Under the pieces are notes generated by a model that saw only the letters and a list, made by a program, of their open reading frames with translations, was not told where the DNA came from and made no database searches. Below, piece after piece: positions 24,436 through 38,493 of a DNA stretch of 64,000 nt (its first letter is position 1; every line of letters begins with the position of its first letter). Position numbers and translations under genes: made by a program. This DNA comes from Podarcis filfolensis (lineage: Eukaryota): NCBI GenBank assembly GCA_964270895.1, contig OZ185441.1; one strand, given 5' to 3'.

Positions 24436-24879
24436 GTAACAGGCTGTGTTTATTGGGCTCTGTGGCATGCTGCATTTGCCACTTGTGGTTCTATCTTGGG
24501 AGGAGGAATAAAGGGGCTGGGCTGTCTAAGTCAACTGATCTATTTTGATCCTATTCAGTTGTATTAAACTATCATAATACGGGCTCCTGGTAACAAATGT
24601 GCAATTTTTTTATGTCTGTTTTTTATATATTAAAAGCTCACATGCTTTGTTAGTAGATTTCCCCCCTCAAATTCCTGCTAGTGTTTTTAGCATGTAAAAT
24701 GTTGGTATCAAGTGAGACCAGTCTGCTTTAGTCTGCTCTAGTCTGCTTTTGTCAGTTAGGTTTGTATTCGATTTTTCTGTAAACTTGTGTCTGTTCTTCC
24801 AGGGGGGGAAACTTGTTTTCTGTACATTTGTCTAGGTTATTTTGTTCTGGTGGTTGTATTAATTATCTCTTCCCTCTAG

Positions 24880-25093
24880 GACTGGGAGTAAGCTAGGCAT
24901 TTCTCCTCTGATGTTGGCGGCTATGAATGGCCATGTTCCTGCAGTGAAGCTGTTGCTTGATATGGGCTCTGATATAAATGCTCAGATTGAGACCAATCGG
25001 AATACAGCGCTCACTTTGGCCTGTTTCCAGGGCAGAGCAGAGGTGGTCAGCCTGCTTTTGGACAGAAAAGCCAATGTTGAACATAGGGCAAAG
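24880..25093 (+). CDS. ANKHD1: ANKHD1 ankyrin exon (TGSKLGISPLMLAAMNGH...VEHRAK)
   Basis: tag|G ACT ... GCA AAG|gtgagc; 214 nt. Confidence 0.97.
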
Positions 25094-26735
25094 GTGAGCC
25101 TGCAGATAGCTTTCTTCTCAAACAGACTTGTGGTAAAAATGGTTTTGGCAATAGACTTAGTTTAAAGCTTCCGGTTTTAACTATTTCAGTAATTTGAAAT
25201 CAAGCCAACTTATCTTGTCCATCACTGAGTATTGGAAGGCTTTATTGCTTTTACTTTAGTAAATGTACCATTATTCATGATACCACATCATGGCTGACAT
25301 TGCCTCAAAAGCTACACCTGATGGCAAGACACCTTACTGGTTATCATACTGGTTTTCACATAGTGGGTTGCAGCTATCCAAGCTAAGGTGGATTGCAGCC
25401 TAAAGTGCACCACACCACTTGTTTTGATATTAAATTAGAGTGAAGAGAAAATTGAAGCAGATATGAAACTTATGTACTTTTGTGTGGAATAGGGAATTTT
25501 GGCAGCTGTTTTTTTCTTGCCATTGCATAATAGATTGTAACTGTAAAGTAGAGAGGCACTCACTGTTGCAATAGCCTCTTTTTTTGCTGGTGGTTCTAGA
25601 GAGAAAAGGCAAAAGATGAACAGTGAAAAAATTGAGTGGCTCCTATATTGGAGGTGGGTGTTAAAGATGAATTCTGGATCTGAAAAGGATTAAGACTACC
25701 GGTTTACAGTAGGAGTGAGGAACCTCTGGCCTATAGACCAGAAGCAAACTGGGGCCTCCTCATCTGCCCCACCAGCCTCTTCTTCTAGAGTCTGCCTACT
25801 CCATGTCCCAGTTTCTCCGGCCAAGCAACAAGAGAGTGGTGGTGGAAGAGATTACGAGCTGTCCAAAGAGTAAAAGATTGTTATTTTTCTTTAGTTTGCT
25901 GCAGTGTGTGTAGGATATATTGGGTGGTTGTGGCTTTATTCTTCAACACAATGGAATGCAGCTCTCGAATCGAAAAAAGTTCCTCATTGATCGTTCCTCA
26001 CTTCCTGTCAATTGATCTTTCCTCACTTCCTGTCAATAAGGGGAGAGAAAAGAGGAAAGGGATGGGGAACCTTCTGCAATTCAAGGGCCACATTCCCATT
26101 TGGACAACCTGACAGAAGGTGCATGCCAGTAGTGGCGAAGACCCACTTCTCTTCCCTTATTGACTAAAAGTGCAGAAACCTTGAGGTAAATTGAAGATTA
26201 AAGAAATACACTAGCTTTGACTCAGTTTAGTTCCTGAACTATAGCCCTGTGGGAGCCTCTGCAGGAGGAGTTGTGCAGGTGTATTGGAGAGAAGCAGGAA
26301 ACAAAAGCCCAAACACTAGCCAAAGAAAATGCAAACTGCAAAGTCTTGAATATTGTGGTGAGCAGATTAATATTAACATTCTGAATATCATGCTAGTAAA
26401 TAAGTGATGAGGTACTTTTGTTCAAATTGTTCAAGTATGCAGTGTTCAAGGCAGCAAAGTTCTATACTAAAGCAAAGCATTGTATTTTGATGTAACATCC
26501 ATTAAAGTGAACATTTATGCTGTACAGATGCTTCTTGAACATAATAGTCCCAAGACCTTACAGCTTTTTTTTTTGCCTTGTGAATCCATTGTGTGTGACT
26601 CTAGCTACCCTGAGTCATGTTGATAGGTCTTGCATTCATTGGGGTCCTTACATAGTGAAAGAGGTTGGCAACTATTTCTAGAATATGTTTAGAACTGCTT
26701 TATATAGACTCTATTTCAAACATTCTTTTAAACAG

Positions 26736-26911
26736 ACTGGGCTCACCCCTCTGATGGAAGCTGCTTCTGGAGGTTATGCTGAAGTTGGAAGAGTTCTTCT
26801 TGATAAAGGAGCAGATGTCAATGCTCCTCCTGTGCCTTCGTCAAGAGATACTGCTTTAACAATTGCAGCAGATAAAGGCCACTACAAGTTTTGTGAGCTC
26901 CTGATTAATCG
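26736..26911 (+). CDS. ANKHD1: ANKHD1 ankyrin exon (TGLTPLMEAASGG...FCELLINR)
   Basis: cag|ACT GGG ... AAT CG|gtatgt; 176 nt. Confidence 0.97.
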
Positions 26912-28514
26912 GTATGTCATTATTTTTTTTACATGAATAACTATAACGACTAGAGTACCCACATACAAAAGTAGGTACCAGCAGACTCAGAAGAACCTGG
27001 TGGTTTTGCAGTACTATATAAAAAAGCCACAGGGAGGAGCAAAAACTGAAATAGTTCCTTAGAAATTCAGTGGCATAGAACGTTGAGACTGGCAGCATTC
27101 ACACATCATAGTAAACCATAGTTAATGGTTTGCCATGTGACTGCAGAAGGCTCCTGCTTCACTCCTTCCCTCTGACTAGTGGAACTTAGCATTGTAATAT
27201 GCTAAAGTTCTGCTCCTAACAAACCACAAAGTTAAGCCAGGCTTACCAGTCATGATTTGTTTGAATGAAACAAACTACCTGGTGTTGGACATAACCTGGT
27301 TTGTTGCTCCTGCTAGCTAAAGGGACTGTGTGAAAATGTTGCAATCATCATGTTTGGAGTAAACCATTGACTATGGCTTACTAAAGGGGTGAGGAAGCTG
27401 TGACCCTCCAGATGTTAAATTCTGCAACTCCCATAATCTCTGGCCATTGGTCATTCTGACTGTGGTTGATGGGAGTTTAGTCCAACGACATTTGGATGTG
27501 TGCAGGTTCCCATTCCTGTGTCTACTGTAATCTACAAACTGGGCTATTTGAGTGAAGGGGGAATTGCCAACTGGGTGGGAGGGGGAACAGGGTGGAACAA
27601 CTGGGAAGGATTGTAGGAGAGAGACAGATGTTAAGAGGTGCAGAGAACCATCTCAAATGAAGTTCATTCTCCATATTGCAGATTGAAAGGGCTTGTGATA
27701 GGGAGAATATAGCAGCCCTGCAGTGTATTTAACACGCTTTACTGGTTGGACTGAACCAGAGTACAAACCCTGCACTGTTACCCATTGCATTTATCCCCAC
27801 ATTGCAAGCTGGGTTCAGAAAGTAGCATGCAACAACCCTGCAGAATAATTCACTGTTAATATTGCCAGTCAGGGGTGGTCACTATTCTAAAACTGCCCCT
27901 TTAGACTTTCCTTTGGGCCACGTCAAGCACTGAGTTGCATTTACAAAGACCATTGCTCTATTGATTTTCATGCAGACTGTAACTAAAAAAATTGTAACTA
28001 AAAATATGTATTTTACACATTAAGTCAGACCAGAAACTCCTGTCTTTGATGCTCACTTTTGTGTTTTCCACTTCCTTAGCCACAAGTTCACATAATATAT
28101 GCACCCATGATAACACCGCAGCACTTAGTTGTGAGACCCCACTTGTAAGATAGTAAAGTCAATTCATTCCCATGCATAAGAGGGAAGTATCAGCATGCTT
28201 GGTAAGGTTTGCAGAAATAAAAAATAAAAACTTACAGAGAAAAAAGCCACTTTGCATGTTCCAATTGACATAGTGCTAACATATTAGGAAAAGGATGGGA
28301 TGATTGGAAACTCAGACCTTAAAATTTTGTTGCAGGCCCCCTTTTTGGAATTCTAAATTTCAGTTTAGTCTTTATAGCACATACCTCAAGATCATGGATG
28401 ACATTCTGAAGTTCTTAGCAGCTTCCATATAACCAGTGTTTGTGAACTGAAATGTAGTTTGAATTTCTGCCTGGATTTTTTTGCCAGCTTGAATTTAATT
28501 CTAATTCCTTTCAG

Positions 28515-28677
28515 GGGGGCACATATTGATGTTCGCAACAAGAAAGGGAACACACCGCTCTGGCTTGCAGCTAATGGTGGCCACCTTGATGTAGTTCAGC
28601 TGCTTGTGCAGGCAGGAGCTGATGTGGATGGTGCAGATAACAGAAAAATTACTCCCCTTATGTCTGCATTTCGTAAA
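28515..28677 (+). CDS. ANKHD1: ANKHD1 ankyrin exon (GAHIDVRNKKGNTPLWLA...MSAFRK)
   Basis: cag|G GGG GCA ... CGT AAA|gtaagt; 163 nt. Confidence 0.97.
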
Positions 28678-29059
28678 GTAAGTTCATTGATGTTTCACAA
28701 AATTTAAATCTGAAAAAGTCAACTTGATGTTTTTTCCTATCTTTTATCTTAGAATGAATGAAATTTCCTCTTTTTCTCTTTTCCTGTTGCTGTTTGCCTT
28801 ATGACGACCTTCCCCAACCTAGTGCCCGCTGTGTGTTTCTGACAGCTGCCCCCAGCCATTATGATTGATGGAGGGCAGTGGTTCAAAACATTTGGAGGGC
28901 ACCAGGTTGAGAAAGCTTGCATTAGGAATTGATGTGAACTGTAAAGTTTGTAGTTTACATTTGAAGAAGCAATTTCGCCTGCCTAAAACAAGGTTTATGT
29001 CCGCTGATTCCCAGGATATAATTGCTACCTAGTTGTACTTACTCACTTTCTCCGTATTA

Positions 29060-31059
29060 ATTGTGGAACTGCCTCAAATGGTCATGATCCTGACACAGAG
29101 CAGGACATACCCTCAACATGTTTTGGTCTTCAGGTGGGGAATGGTCATGGTCAGACCACTTCCTGGTGAAGTTTGTTATTGTTAACTGCTATTCATGCCT
29201 GCAAGAGTGGAGGACCAGTTCAGATTGTCTGCTCTGAGGGTGATGGACTCTAATGGCTCTGGAGGATTTCCCAGTGGAAAAAGTAGGTGATTTTGTTGAG
29301 GTTCTTGTTTTGCTGTGGAGCAGTGAGACAAGAAGGGCTGCTGACATGATCATTCTCAAACCTGCTCTTCAGTGCTGTGGAGATCACATTGCTCGCTTAT
29401 ATTCCCAAGAGCTGCAGTTGATGAGATGGAAAGTGATGAAATCTTGCTTTCAAACTGGCTAAACACTCGTTAGGAGACATAATCCTATTGTACTGCATCC
29501 ATTTCTCCCTCAAGGAGTCAGCTAGCAGGTCCAGAGACTTGTTACCCTGGATTCGAGAGCAGATCCATGAAATCATATCTGCAAGTAGTTTGCAATACCC
29601 TTTAAAGGCAAAGTCTTCATCTTGACTTGGATGCCACTATCCAATCATGATGTCCAGTGCTACACCTGGATCATTTTCAGTTGATGTTGCCTGATGATGT
29701 AGCCAGGATACTTACAGCAATGCCTTTGACCATATGCACTCTAGACTGTGGCTGGTCAAAGCTAGCTAGAATTTGGGGTGACTACATGGGTCCAGGATGT
29801 TATGAATGCATCACTGCTTGATGGGGTGGTCCCAGCTGCTCTTAAAGAGGGGGGTAGTGCAATTACTCCTTTAAAAACCTATCCTGGACCCACTATTGGT
29901 CAGCCATCAATGTCCCTTACGCAGGGAAGGTGGTGGAGCAACTTCCAAGTGTTCCTGGATGTCACTGATTATCTGAATCCACTTCAGTCTGGTTTTAGGC
30001 CTGATTAGGGGACTGAATCAGCCCTGGCGGATGACCTTTATTGAGAGGGACAGGCAGATTGTGATCCTGTTACTCTTAGTTTCCCAGAGGCCTTTTATAC
30101 TGTTGATCCTGGTATCCTTCTAGATCAGCTGTGTGGCCTGGTTATCTGAGATACTGGGCTGGATTCAGCTAATGGTCCTGCTACTGGAAGCCTATGCAAG
30201 GACTTCCACTAGGGCAAAGGGGCTGTCCTGCCTCCTGCTCTCCGCCCCCCCCCCAATGACTCAAGTGGAACTCAGGAGAACCCCCACCAAAAAAAACCAC
30301 ACCCAAAAACCAGGTAGGAGGAGGAGAGAGATTGTTCTGTTGAGGAAGGAGAAATGCTTGCACTGACAGAACATTTGTAACAGTGCAACATCAAATTCCT
30401 TCTTTACAAAGGTTCCATTTCTAGCTGTGTGGTAAAGTCCTGAGAGTAACATTGGGGCACTTGCTCTTCAATCTTCTGGTAGTTGTTCTGTGGGGCTGCA
30501 CTGGGGCACTGTTTTGTCCTCAACTATTTAACATCTGAATATGGAAGATGCCATTAAGAGTTTTGGAGTATGGTGCTGGCACTGCACTGATACACTGCTT
30601 TTTTCCTCTATAACATCTGAATTGGGAGAGGCTGTTGAAGCCCTGGACCATTGCTTTTAATGCAGTGGTGGTCTGGATGAGGGCAAATAAACAGCATTTG
30701 AATTCTGGAAAGACAGAGGCATTATGGGTAGGTGGTTTCAGTGTCCAGAGGATGGGGCAGTTGCCTTTTTTAGACAGGGTTGCACTTCCTCTAAAGGAGG
30801 AAGTACGTAGCTTGGGGATTACTCCCGGGTAAAACTTTATCATTCCAGACCCAAGTGACCTCTGTGGCTGGCATGCCTTTTACCAGCTTCGTTGGGTATG
30901 TCTGCTACCACTATATCTGGATCAGAATAATTTTGGCCACTGTAGTACATGCATTGTTAATCTTGACATTTGATTGCTGCAGCGTGTTCCATGTGGAGCT
31001 GCCCTTGGTCTGGAAGCTAAAATTAGATGGGGGTAGATGACTGGCAGCATGTGACCTCT

Positions 31060-31103
<44 letters not shown>

Positions 31104-31500
31104 TCATATATCATATCATATCATATATATGCGCACTGGCTGCCTGTATGCTCCCTGGCCAGGTTCAAGGACAAAGCCCTGAACAGCTTGGGTCCAGGAT
31201 ACCTTGAGGAATGCTGATCCTTGAGCCTGATCACTGAAATCATCTAGAGGAGTGCTGTTGGTTGTTCTCCATGTTCAGAAGCCCAGCTGGCCTCAATCAG
31301 AAGTCTGGTATTTAGTGTTGTTGGTTCTGTGCTGGAAACACTTGCTTTTGATTTTCTGTTGAAGACCTTGTTATGCTGACAGGCCTATGCAGTTGTTGAA
31401 AGTTTTAATGATTATTTTGTACTGTTTTTAATGGTGTTTTATGTTTTAGTGTACACATATTGGTGTGTACCATTCTGATAGGAGATGATAAATGAATAAA
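29060..31500 (+). mobile_element. Long decayed L2 LINE (endonuclease end to 3' tail), internally interrupted
   Basis: AGHTL...WSDHFLVKF near 29100-29175; SLLDGVVPAALKE and YLNPLQSGFRP at 29800-30000; WMRANKQHLNSGKTEALW near 30670; AT-rich tail near 31490. About 260 bp of unrelated sequence at about 30140-30395. Confidence 0.7.
31060..31103. repeat. (GATA)11 microsatellite followed by (TATCA)n
   Basis: Read directly. Confidence 0.95.
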
Positions 31501-31531
31501 ACCTTGGTGCTGCTCTTTTTTTTTCTTTCAG

Positions 31532-31627
31532 GGTCACGTAAGAGTAGTGCAGTTTTTGGTAAAAGAAGTTAACCAGTTTCCTTCAGACATTGAATGCATG
31601 AGGTACATAGCAACAATAACTGACAAG
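31532..31627 (+). CDS. ANKHD1: ANKHD1 exon (GHVRVVQFLVKEVNQFPSDIECMRYIATITDK)
   Basis: cag|GGT ... GAC AAG|gtgagt; 96 nt. Confidence 0.97.
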
Positions 31628-33435
31628 GTGAGTGCCAGAAGGCTCCCAATGTGTTCTTAAATGATGGGGTGCACCACCTGCAACTTAACAATGATAAAAA
31701 TCAACAGTGGCGGTTTTTCCTCAGCAGTAGCTCCCATATTTATTTTTAATAATGCATAGATAAATTCAACAGATATTGATGCTACTGAGCATGAAGCCAA
31801 ATCTAATCAATATTGATAGTGTTCTTGAAAACCAAACATATACAGAGGTTGAACATAGCCTACCTTGGTTATTTTAGAGGAAAGGTGGACTATAAAAAAA
31901 TGGAAACAATTATGTCTTGGTTCTGTGATATGTTTATGAAACTGAGTGTTAGACCACTTGGATCTATTAACTTGCAAGCAAAGTTGCTATCTGACAATGA
32001 ACAGCTAGGCGTCCCCACTCCGCATTCTTGAGTGAGGGCGTTTTCTCCGTTGTAGGTGTGGTGTGTTGGTGGGGAGGGGACGGTCTCTGTTCACCACTTC
32101 AAACAAACAAACAAACAAAAAACAGATTGCAAGACTTTTATAGTTGAAGATCACAGCTCCCAAATAATTTAGGGGAAAGGTCTGAAAGAAAAAAAAGTTC
32201 ACAAAATGAAGTCAGACTAAAGGGAGGATTTTCAGCACTTGTTACATCACTCTCACAAGATCCAGTAGGTGCCCTCTCACAAGATCCTGTATAGTGGAAC
32301 CACATTATACTATACAAGTATATTAGCAATGCATGTTTCATATGTAGGTAGAACAGCATTGTTCATGTACCAAATATTGAAAGTGCTTATTTTAAAAAAA
32401 ACTTTATTCAAATAGAGATTATATCCAAAAAGCACATCCTTGATGGAAGTTGCATGGACTGTGCATAACAAATTGGAAATAAATGTATGTAGGTTGGACA
32501 GAAATGAGGTTCAGAGAGAGGGGGTGAGGCTGTTGAAAACTGGTGTATTTTCACAGGCCTGCATTGGAAATGTACAAGGGAGGCATTGCATCTATTATCC
32601 AACACACCTGCCTTCCACCAATACCCAATAGCTGAATTTCAACAAGCACTGGATTTTTTTACAAAAATATTGTGTTCAGTTTTACCGCATATGTCTTAAC
32701 TACCATTATATAGAGATAGATACGCAGCTGCTATTGTGAAGGGCTGCACTTCACAATATGTTAGACTTTGTGAATTGGCATGGCTGAATGTTTCTGCCAC
32801 TGGAAAAAAGACCTTCCAAAATGTTAGCAAGAAGGCTAGGAATGAATGCTTCTCTAAGATGCTAGATTTCCCCTAGTAGGAATATGTATGGGGAAACATT
32901 CAGTAGGAGGGAATAAATCTTGTCTGAAGTAGTAAAGGCTTTTTTGGTCTGTACCATATCCAACATCTGCAAATCTGGATATGCCTAAGGAAATTGATCA
33001 CCTTTACTTCCATTGGTAGTTATGGTTTTGCACCTGTTATCAAGGGCAGCATAAGAAATGCTTTCTAGATTTGGAATGCCATGCTACAGTTGTATTCTAA
33101 AAGTAGGCAGGTGGACAACTGGCCAGCACAAGGCCTGCCAGCTGAAACAATAAACTCTTATAGTATTAAACTTGCAGCTTCAGTATAAATTCTGCTCTTT
33201 TTGCATTGAAAGATCAGTTAGCACACGTATGGCAAACAAATTGATAATTGCTTTAAAAACTGTATTTTCAGAAAACTGTAGATCAGCTGAACAGTAATCA
33301 AAAATCACTAGTTTTAATTCATTACCTACAGACATATTCTCTGGTACTGCATTTGTATATGCCAGTAAAGTAGTTCCTGGTGTCTAGCAACTTGCTGAAC
33401 CTATCTTTCCTTTTCACAAACTTTGTACTGTATAG

Positions 33436-33552
33436 GATTTGCTGAAGAAATGTCACCAGTGTGTTGAAACAATTGTGAAGGCAAAGGACCAGCAAGCAGC
33501 TGAAGCAAATAAGAATGCAAGCATCCTGCTAAAAGAGCTAGATTTGGAAAAG
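33436..33552 (+). CDS. ANKHD1: ANKHD1 exon (DLLKKCHQCVETIVKAKDQQAAEANKNASILLKELDLEK)
   Basis: tag|GAT ... GAA AAG|gtaaga; 117 nt. Confidence 0.97.
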
Positions 33553-34835
33553 GTAAGATGATAGAGTACATCACCTTGCTTAAATACTGTTACATAAATC
33601 AAGTGAAATCCTCTCTCAGACTTATTCATGCACCTGTGTGGGATAAATGCAGCAGAGGATTAATCTGAGTCTGCTTTGGATTTTAATTTTCTGGAGTAAG
33701 CCACCATCACTCCTTCACTCAGGCTAGCAAGACTTCTAAATCAAATGGGTATAGATCTAACAGTTGAAAATCCTAACCATCCCCATGAGCCACATTCTGG
33801 ATTAGATTTGGCCTCCTTGCTACATCCTCCTGTGTAACGTAGCAAGCTAGTAGTTACTAAAGCAGTAGCTCGCGATTGGGGGGGATTCCAAAGTAAAGCT
33901 TACTTTAGTTATGGATAGTAATAACATAAAGTGGTCCACTACACTATGGTCTAGTTTGGACACCCTTTCTCAGCCTCATACATTTATAAAGCTTGAAACA
34001 AGTGTCAAGAGGCCCAGCACTCCTGCTTCACCTTGTGTGCTTGTTCACCACTTTTTTTAGCTTTTAGTAAGCATATGTTTCCTATTATGTCTAATCCGGG
34101 GGACTGTTAATTAGTCAGGATCATATTCATGTTTTATGAAGCCTAGACTGATTGTCCAAACTGGGCCAATACTTTATACTGGAATATAAACCAAAATCAT
34201 AGTAGATACTTACTTAAACATACCTTAAACTAAATGTAGTCCACTAAAAAACAGGTATAAAAAATTGGTCTACAATTGCAATACTGTATAAAAGAGCAGG
34301 ACCACTGCAGATTGATTTATATTCAGTATTTGAAGGTGGCTTTCAGGGTTTCCACTCTTAAGGACAATCTAGGCATATCTATAGACATATCTATAACAAA
34401 ACACATTTGTAGCACAGTTGACCTAAGCAACAGTGTGCTTTCCCACACAGGATGGGATCTGTGTGAGCCAAGCCAGATTGGAAAAAGCACTTCAGTTTAC
34501 TTTCATTTTTTTACTTTTTCATTTTACTTTTTCATTTTACTTTCATGTTTAGGGAAGTTTTTAATGTTTGCGGTATTGTTTTTAATATTCAGTTGGAAGC
34601 TGCCCAGAGTGGCTTGGGAAACCCAGCCAATTATTATTATTATTATTACTATTATTTTATTTTATTTTATTTGTGTGTGGGGGATCATTCATTATGGAGG
34701 TTTCTTGAGCCAAAAAGAAGACACTGGAGAATTTAGAATTCTTTATATAATGCATTTGCTGTAGTTATCAGTGTATATATGTTTATATTCTATACTGGTG
34801 TGTAATCAGGTATATTGTAAATTATTTTTCCACAG

Positions 34836-35010
34836 TCCAGAGAAGAGAGTAGAAAGCAGGCTCTTGCAGCAAAAAGAGAGAAGAGGAAGGAGAAGAGGAA
34901 GAAGAAGAAAGAAGAGCAAAAACGAAAACAGGAAGAAGATGAGGAGCACAAACCTAAGGAAACACTAGAGCTGCAAGAAGATGAAGATGAAGATGAGAAT
35001 GATGATGATG
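34836..35010 (+). CDS. ANKHD1: ANKHD1 basic/acidic exon (SREESRKQALAAKREKRKEKRKKKKEE...DENDDD)
   Basis: cag|TCC ... GAT G|gtgagg; 175 nt. Confidence 0.96.
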
Positions 35011-35229
35011 GTGAGGAATTCATCACTCCTTCAGCTTAGTTTTCTAAACTTGTATTTTTGGGATTTAAAGCTCCTCTAAAGCACAGAGTGAAAGTAATTT
35101 TTACATGTGTTTTGGTAATAACCGGTCACTTCATTTGAGTAAGGATATCCAAGTCGTGTGAGGGACTCTGTTAGCAGTGCACATCGTATACAAACACATT
35201 GCTTATATTCCTTTCTTATTTATAAAACT

Positions 35230-36300
35230 AGTAGAGTTGTATTTAGAATGACTCTGTAGAGAAGAAAAGGCTTAGTCCAGAAAATACATTTTGAAAACGG
35301 TGGGTTTTAAAACCCATTTAAAAATGCATAGTGCAAAGGCCATGCATGTTTCTGTGTGTAGGAGTGTAAGAGGCTGGGAGCTGCCACAGAAAAGGCCCTG
35401 TTTCTCATGCCTGGCAACCAAATTGACGTCATAGGAAGGTACACAAACAGGGCCTCTGAACCATATCTCAATGCCCAGGCAAGTTTGTATGATTGCTTCA
35501 TACAATTATCCTTCAGATAGTTCTGTCTCAAACCATATAGGGATTTCAAGGTTAAGACAAGCACTTTGAATTGCATCCAGGAACGCACCTATAACCAGTG
35601 CATTTGGTACAGAATTGGTGTCATGTCCTCCAGTTCCCTTGCCCCTACCATTATCCTAGCAGTGGAAACCTGCACCAGTTGGAGTTTCCAGACCATCTTC
35701 AAAGGCAGCCACACAAAGAATCCATTATGGTAATGTCTTGGATGTAATTTGTGCATGGATTACTGAGGCAAGGTCTGGTCTCTCTAGATAGGGCCATAGC
35801 TGCTGTATCAGCCTAAACTGGTAAAAGGTATTCCTAGCCTAATCCCAGGATGCAAGCCAGAGTGCTTCCCCATTCAGGACTGTTAAATCATTCCATCCAT
35901 GGAGAGTACCTCCATCTTGTCTGGATTAAGCCTCAGCATGTTCACCCTCATGTATGCCAGAATCGTTTTCAGACACCTGTTCAGATGTTCCACAGCATCA
36001 GGAAGATGCAGGCAGTGCTATTTTTCTAGAAAGAGAGGTGCCCTAACTCACCACGAAAGCTTCCATTGTTCTCTTATAATGGCACTGAGTTCCGGCTGGA
36101 AGAAAAAACACCTGGTTGTAGGTTAGAACTAGGTGTTGTCTGTATATTGGTGACCAACTCTCCATGTTAAACAGCATGTGGTCAGAATAATACCTTGAAG
36201 CACCCCACAGATCAAGGGTGAGAACTTGAAGGCCCCCAGCACCACCTTGGACTGATCCTTTAGGACGCTCTGGAGCCAACCTACTACAGTGCCTCCCATG
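35230..36300 (-). mobile_element. L2 LINE ORF2 3' remnant
   Basis: Minus-strand peptides DHMLFNM and SWMQFKVLVLTLKSLYGLRQNYLKD, typical of the L2 C-terminus. Confidence 0.7.
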
Positions 36301-37163
36301 CCCAACCTAACAAGACAGCCCCAAAGGATAATCTTTATCTTTCCTCTTCTGCCACAACCCAGTCAAACTATAGATTTAAACTCTGCTTTGGGAAAGGATC
36401 TGTGTGTCTTACATAATGGATACTGTAGGCACTGTGTCTATTACCCTTGGCCATCCAACAATCACCTGCTCTCTCTCAAGTATCCCTTCCTGTTTCTTCT
36501 TCACACTTGGCCTGGGTTTCCCCCCCCCCCCTATAAATCTGATGATTGGAACTGACTTCAGCACCACTTATTCCTATGGCACTGGGTAAAGTAAATCCTG
36601 GTTACAGCCCCTTCTGAATGGCTCATCTCATCTCTACCCTAACCATGTGGGAAGAGGTTCTGCAGCAACTCCGGGGTAATGAAAAATGGGACTCAAGTTG
36701 TACTGTCACTTTTTTTACTCCCTTGTTAGTAACTCGGCCAAAGCCACCTCTTCCCTAAAGCTTTTGAAATCACCTTCGAATCTCATCCCTCTGAAATGAA
36801 GCTTTGCATGTTAATATTGTCCAGTTTCAGACCATCTGAGTTCTTGCTACCCTGTAAAGTACCTTATACATTGATGCTATATAGTTCTATATGATACATA
36901 CAGAAGAAAACCAACAAACAGTTCCTAGAATAGCAGGTTTCAAAAGAAGTTCTTTTTTAATTCATCCGTTGTGATTTAAACAGCTAGTAAAGCATTTAAA
37001 AAAATAGATTTAAAACCAGAATGCTAAAAGTCTGGTCTAACTTGCAGAAAAACTCTGCCTTTGGTGCCATGGTACAAGTCACTACCATTCTGATACAGTT
37101 TTTTTTGGGGGGGCACTGTTCCCATCATTAAGTTTTATTTTTTAAAAATCTGTTTTGTTTCAG

Positions 37164-37620
37164 TTGATCAAGAAGTTCCTTTAGAGCCTCCAAGTGCAAC
37201 CACTACAACTACTATTGGAATATCTGCAACATCAACTACTTTCACAAATGCTTTTGGAAAGAAGAGGGCCAATGTGGTAACAACTCCCAGCACAAATAGA
37301 AAGAATAAGAAGAATAAAACAAAAGACACTCCTCAAAATGTGCAGATAATTTTGCCAGACCAGCATATAACTCTAGCACAGCAAAAAGCAGATAAAAATA
37401 AAATCAACGGAGAGCCAAGAGGCGGTAGTGCTGGTGGGAATAGTGATTCTGACAACTTAGACAGCACAGATTGCAATAGTGAGAGCAGCAGCGGTGGTAA
37501 AAGCCAGGAACTAAACTTCACTATGGACACACACTCTTCAGGCGAGAGACGATATGCCTCAGTACTGCTCCCTTCTCAGGAAGACAAGACTAACACCTCA
37601 GTTTCCAAAGTGCAAACCAG
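37164..37620 (+). CDS. ANKHD1: ANKHD1 exon (VDQEVPLEPPSATTTTT...SKVQTR)
   Basis: cag|TT GAT ... ACC AG|gtgagt; 457 nt. Confidence 0.96.
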
Positions 37621-38267
37621 GTGAGTCACAAGTTATATCTCCATTACTGAAGCTTTTAATGAGTCTTTTTCATGCTAGCTTGATGCTGAAATGTTTCTGA
37701 ATGCACATGTTTTGGACTTTGGGCTTCAAGGTTGGGGGATTAGAGGCTTTAAATTACCTTATAGTTCCCCAAATTAGATGTTGCTAAGGAGATGAGCTCT
37801 CCTTAGTAACCTCTAATTCATCCCTCCTGATCAAAAACAAAGCAAAGCAATTAAAAGCAACAGCTGCACGTTAATCCTCCAGGACAACAGTAACAGCAAA
37901 TGATATCATCTAGTTTTGCCAGAATGTAACTTTGAAGACAGGGTTGGGCAGCAGGTTCTCTGACCTCGTGGTGAAGGTGGGTGTAACAGATGCTGCTTGC
38001 TCTGCACATGAGCACCTGTGTGCTCCTCTTAGCAATTGCCATCCTCCTGCATCAAAGGTTTCCTGTTGGTGGGAGCAGTGACCATTAGCATGCAAGTGTG
38101 TTGCTTAGCCAAGGCAAGGTATGCTAATGGTTTCCAATTCCCCATAATCTAGAGCAGGGGTGGCTAACGTGATGCACAAGGCCATTTCCCCCATGACACC
38201 CACCTGTCCCATCCATACCTGACATGACTGCAAAGGAACTATTGGGAATATTAGGGTGCACTTTATA

Positions 38268-38493
38268 CAGTGGTACCTCAGGTTACATACGCTTCAGGTT
38301 ACAAACTCCGCTAACCCAGAAATAGTGCTTCAGGTTAAGAACTTTGCTTCAGGATGAGAACAGAAATCGTGCTACGGCGGCGCAGCGGCAGCAGGAGGCC
38401 CCATTAGCTAAAGTGGTGCTTCAGGTTAAGAACAGTTTCAGGTTAAGAACGGACCTCCAGAACGAATTAAGTATTTAACCCGAGGTACCACAG
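38268..38493. mobile_element. Tc1/mariner (Tigger-like) MITE, 226 bp
   Basis: TA|CAGTGGTACCTCAGGTTA ... TAACCCGAGGTACCACAG|TA; 18-bp TIR with 2 mismatches; internal (TTCAGGTTA) repeats. Confidence 0.88.

Noticed and set aside
30911-31114. ORFs with IYLS repeats (also near 48960-49020 and 20334-20702)
   Set aside because: Translation artefacts of (GATA)n, (TCTA)n and (AAGAT)n microsatellites.
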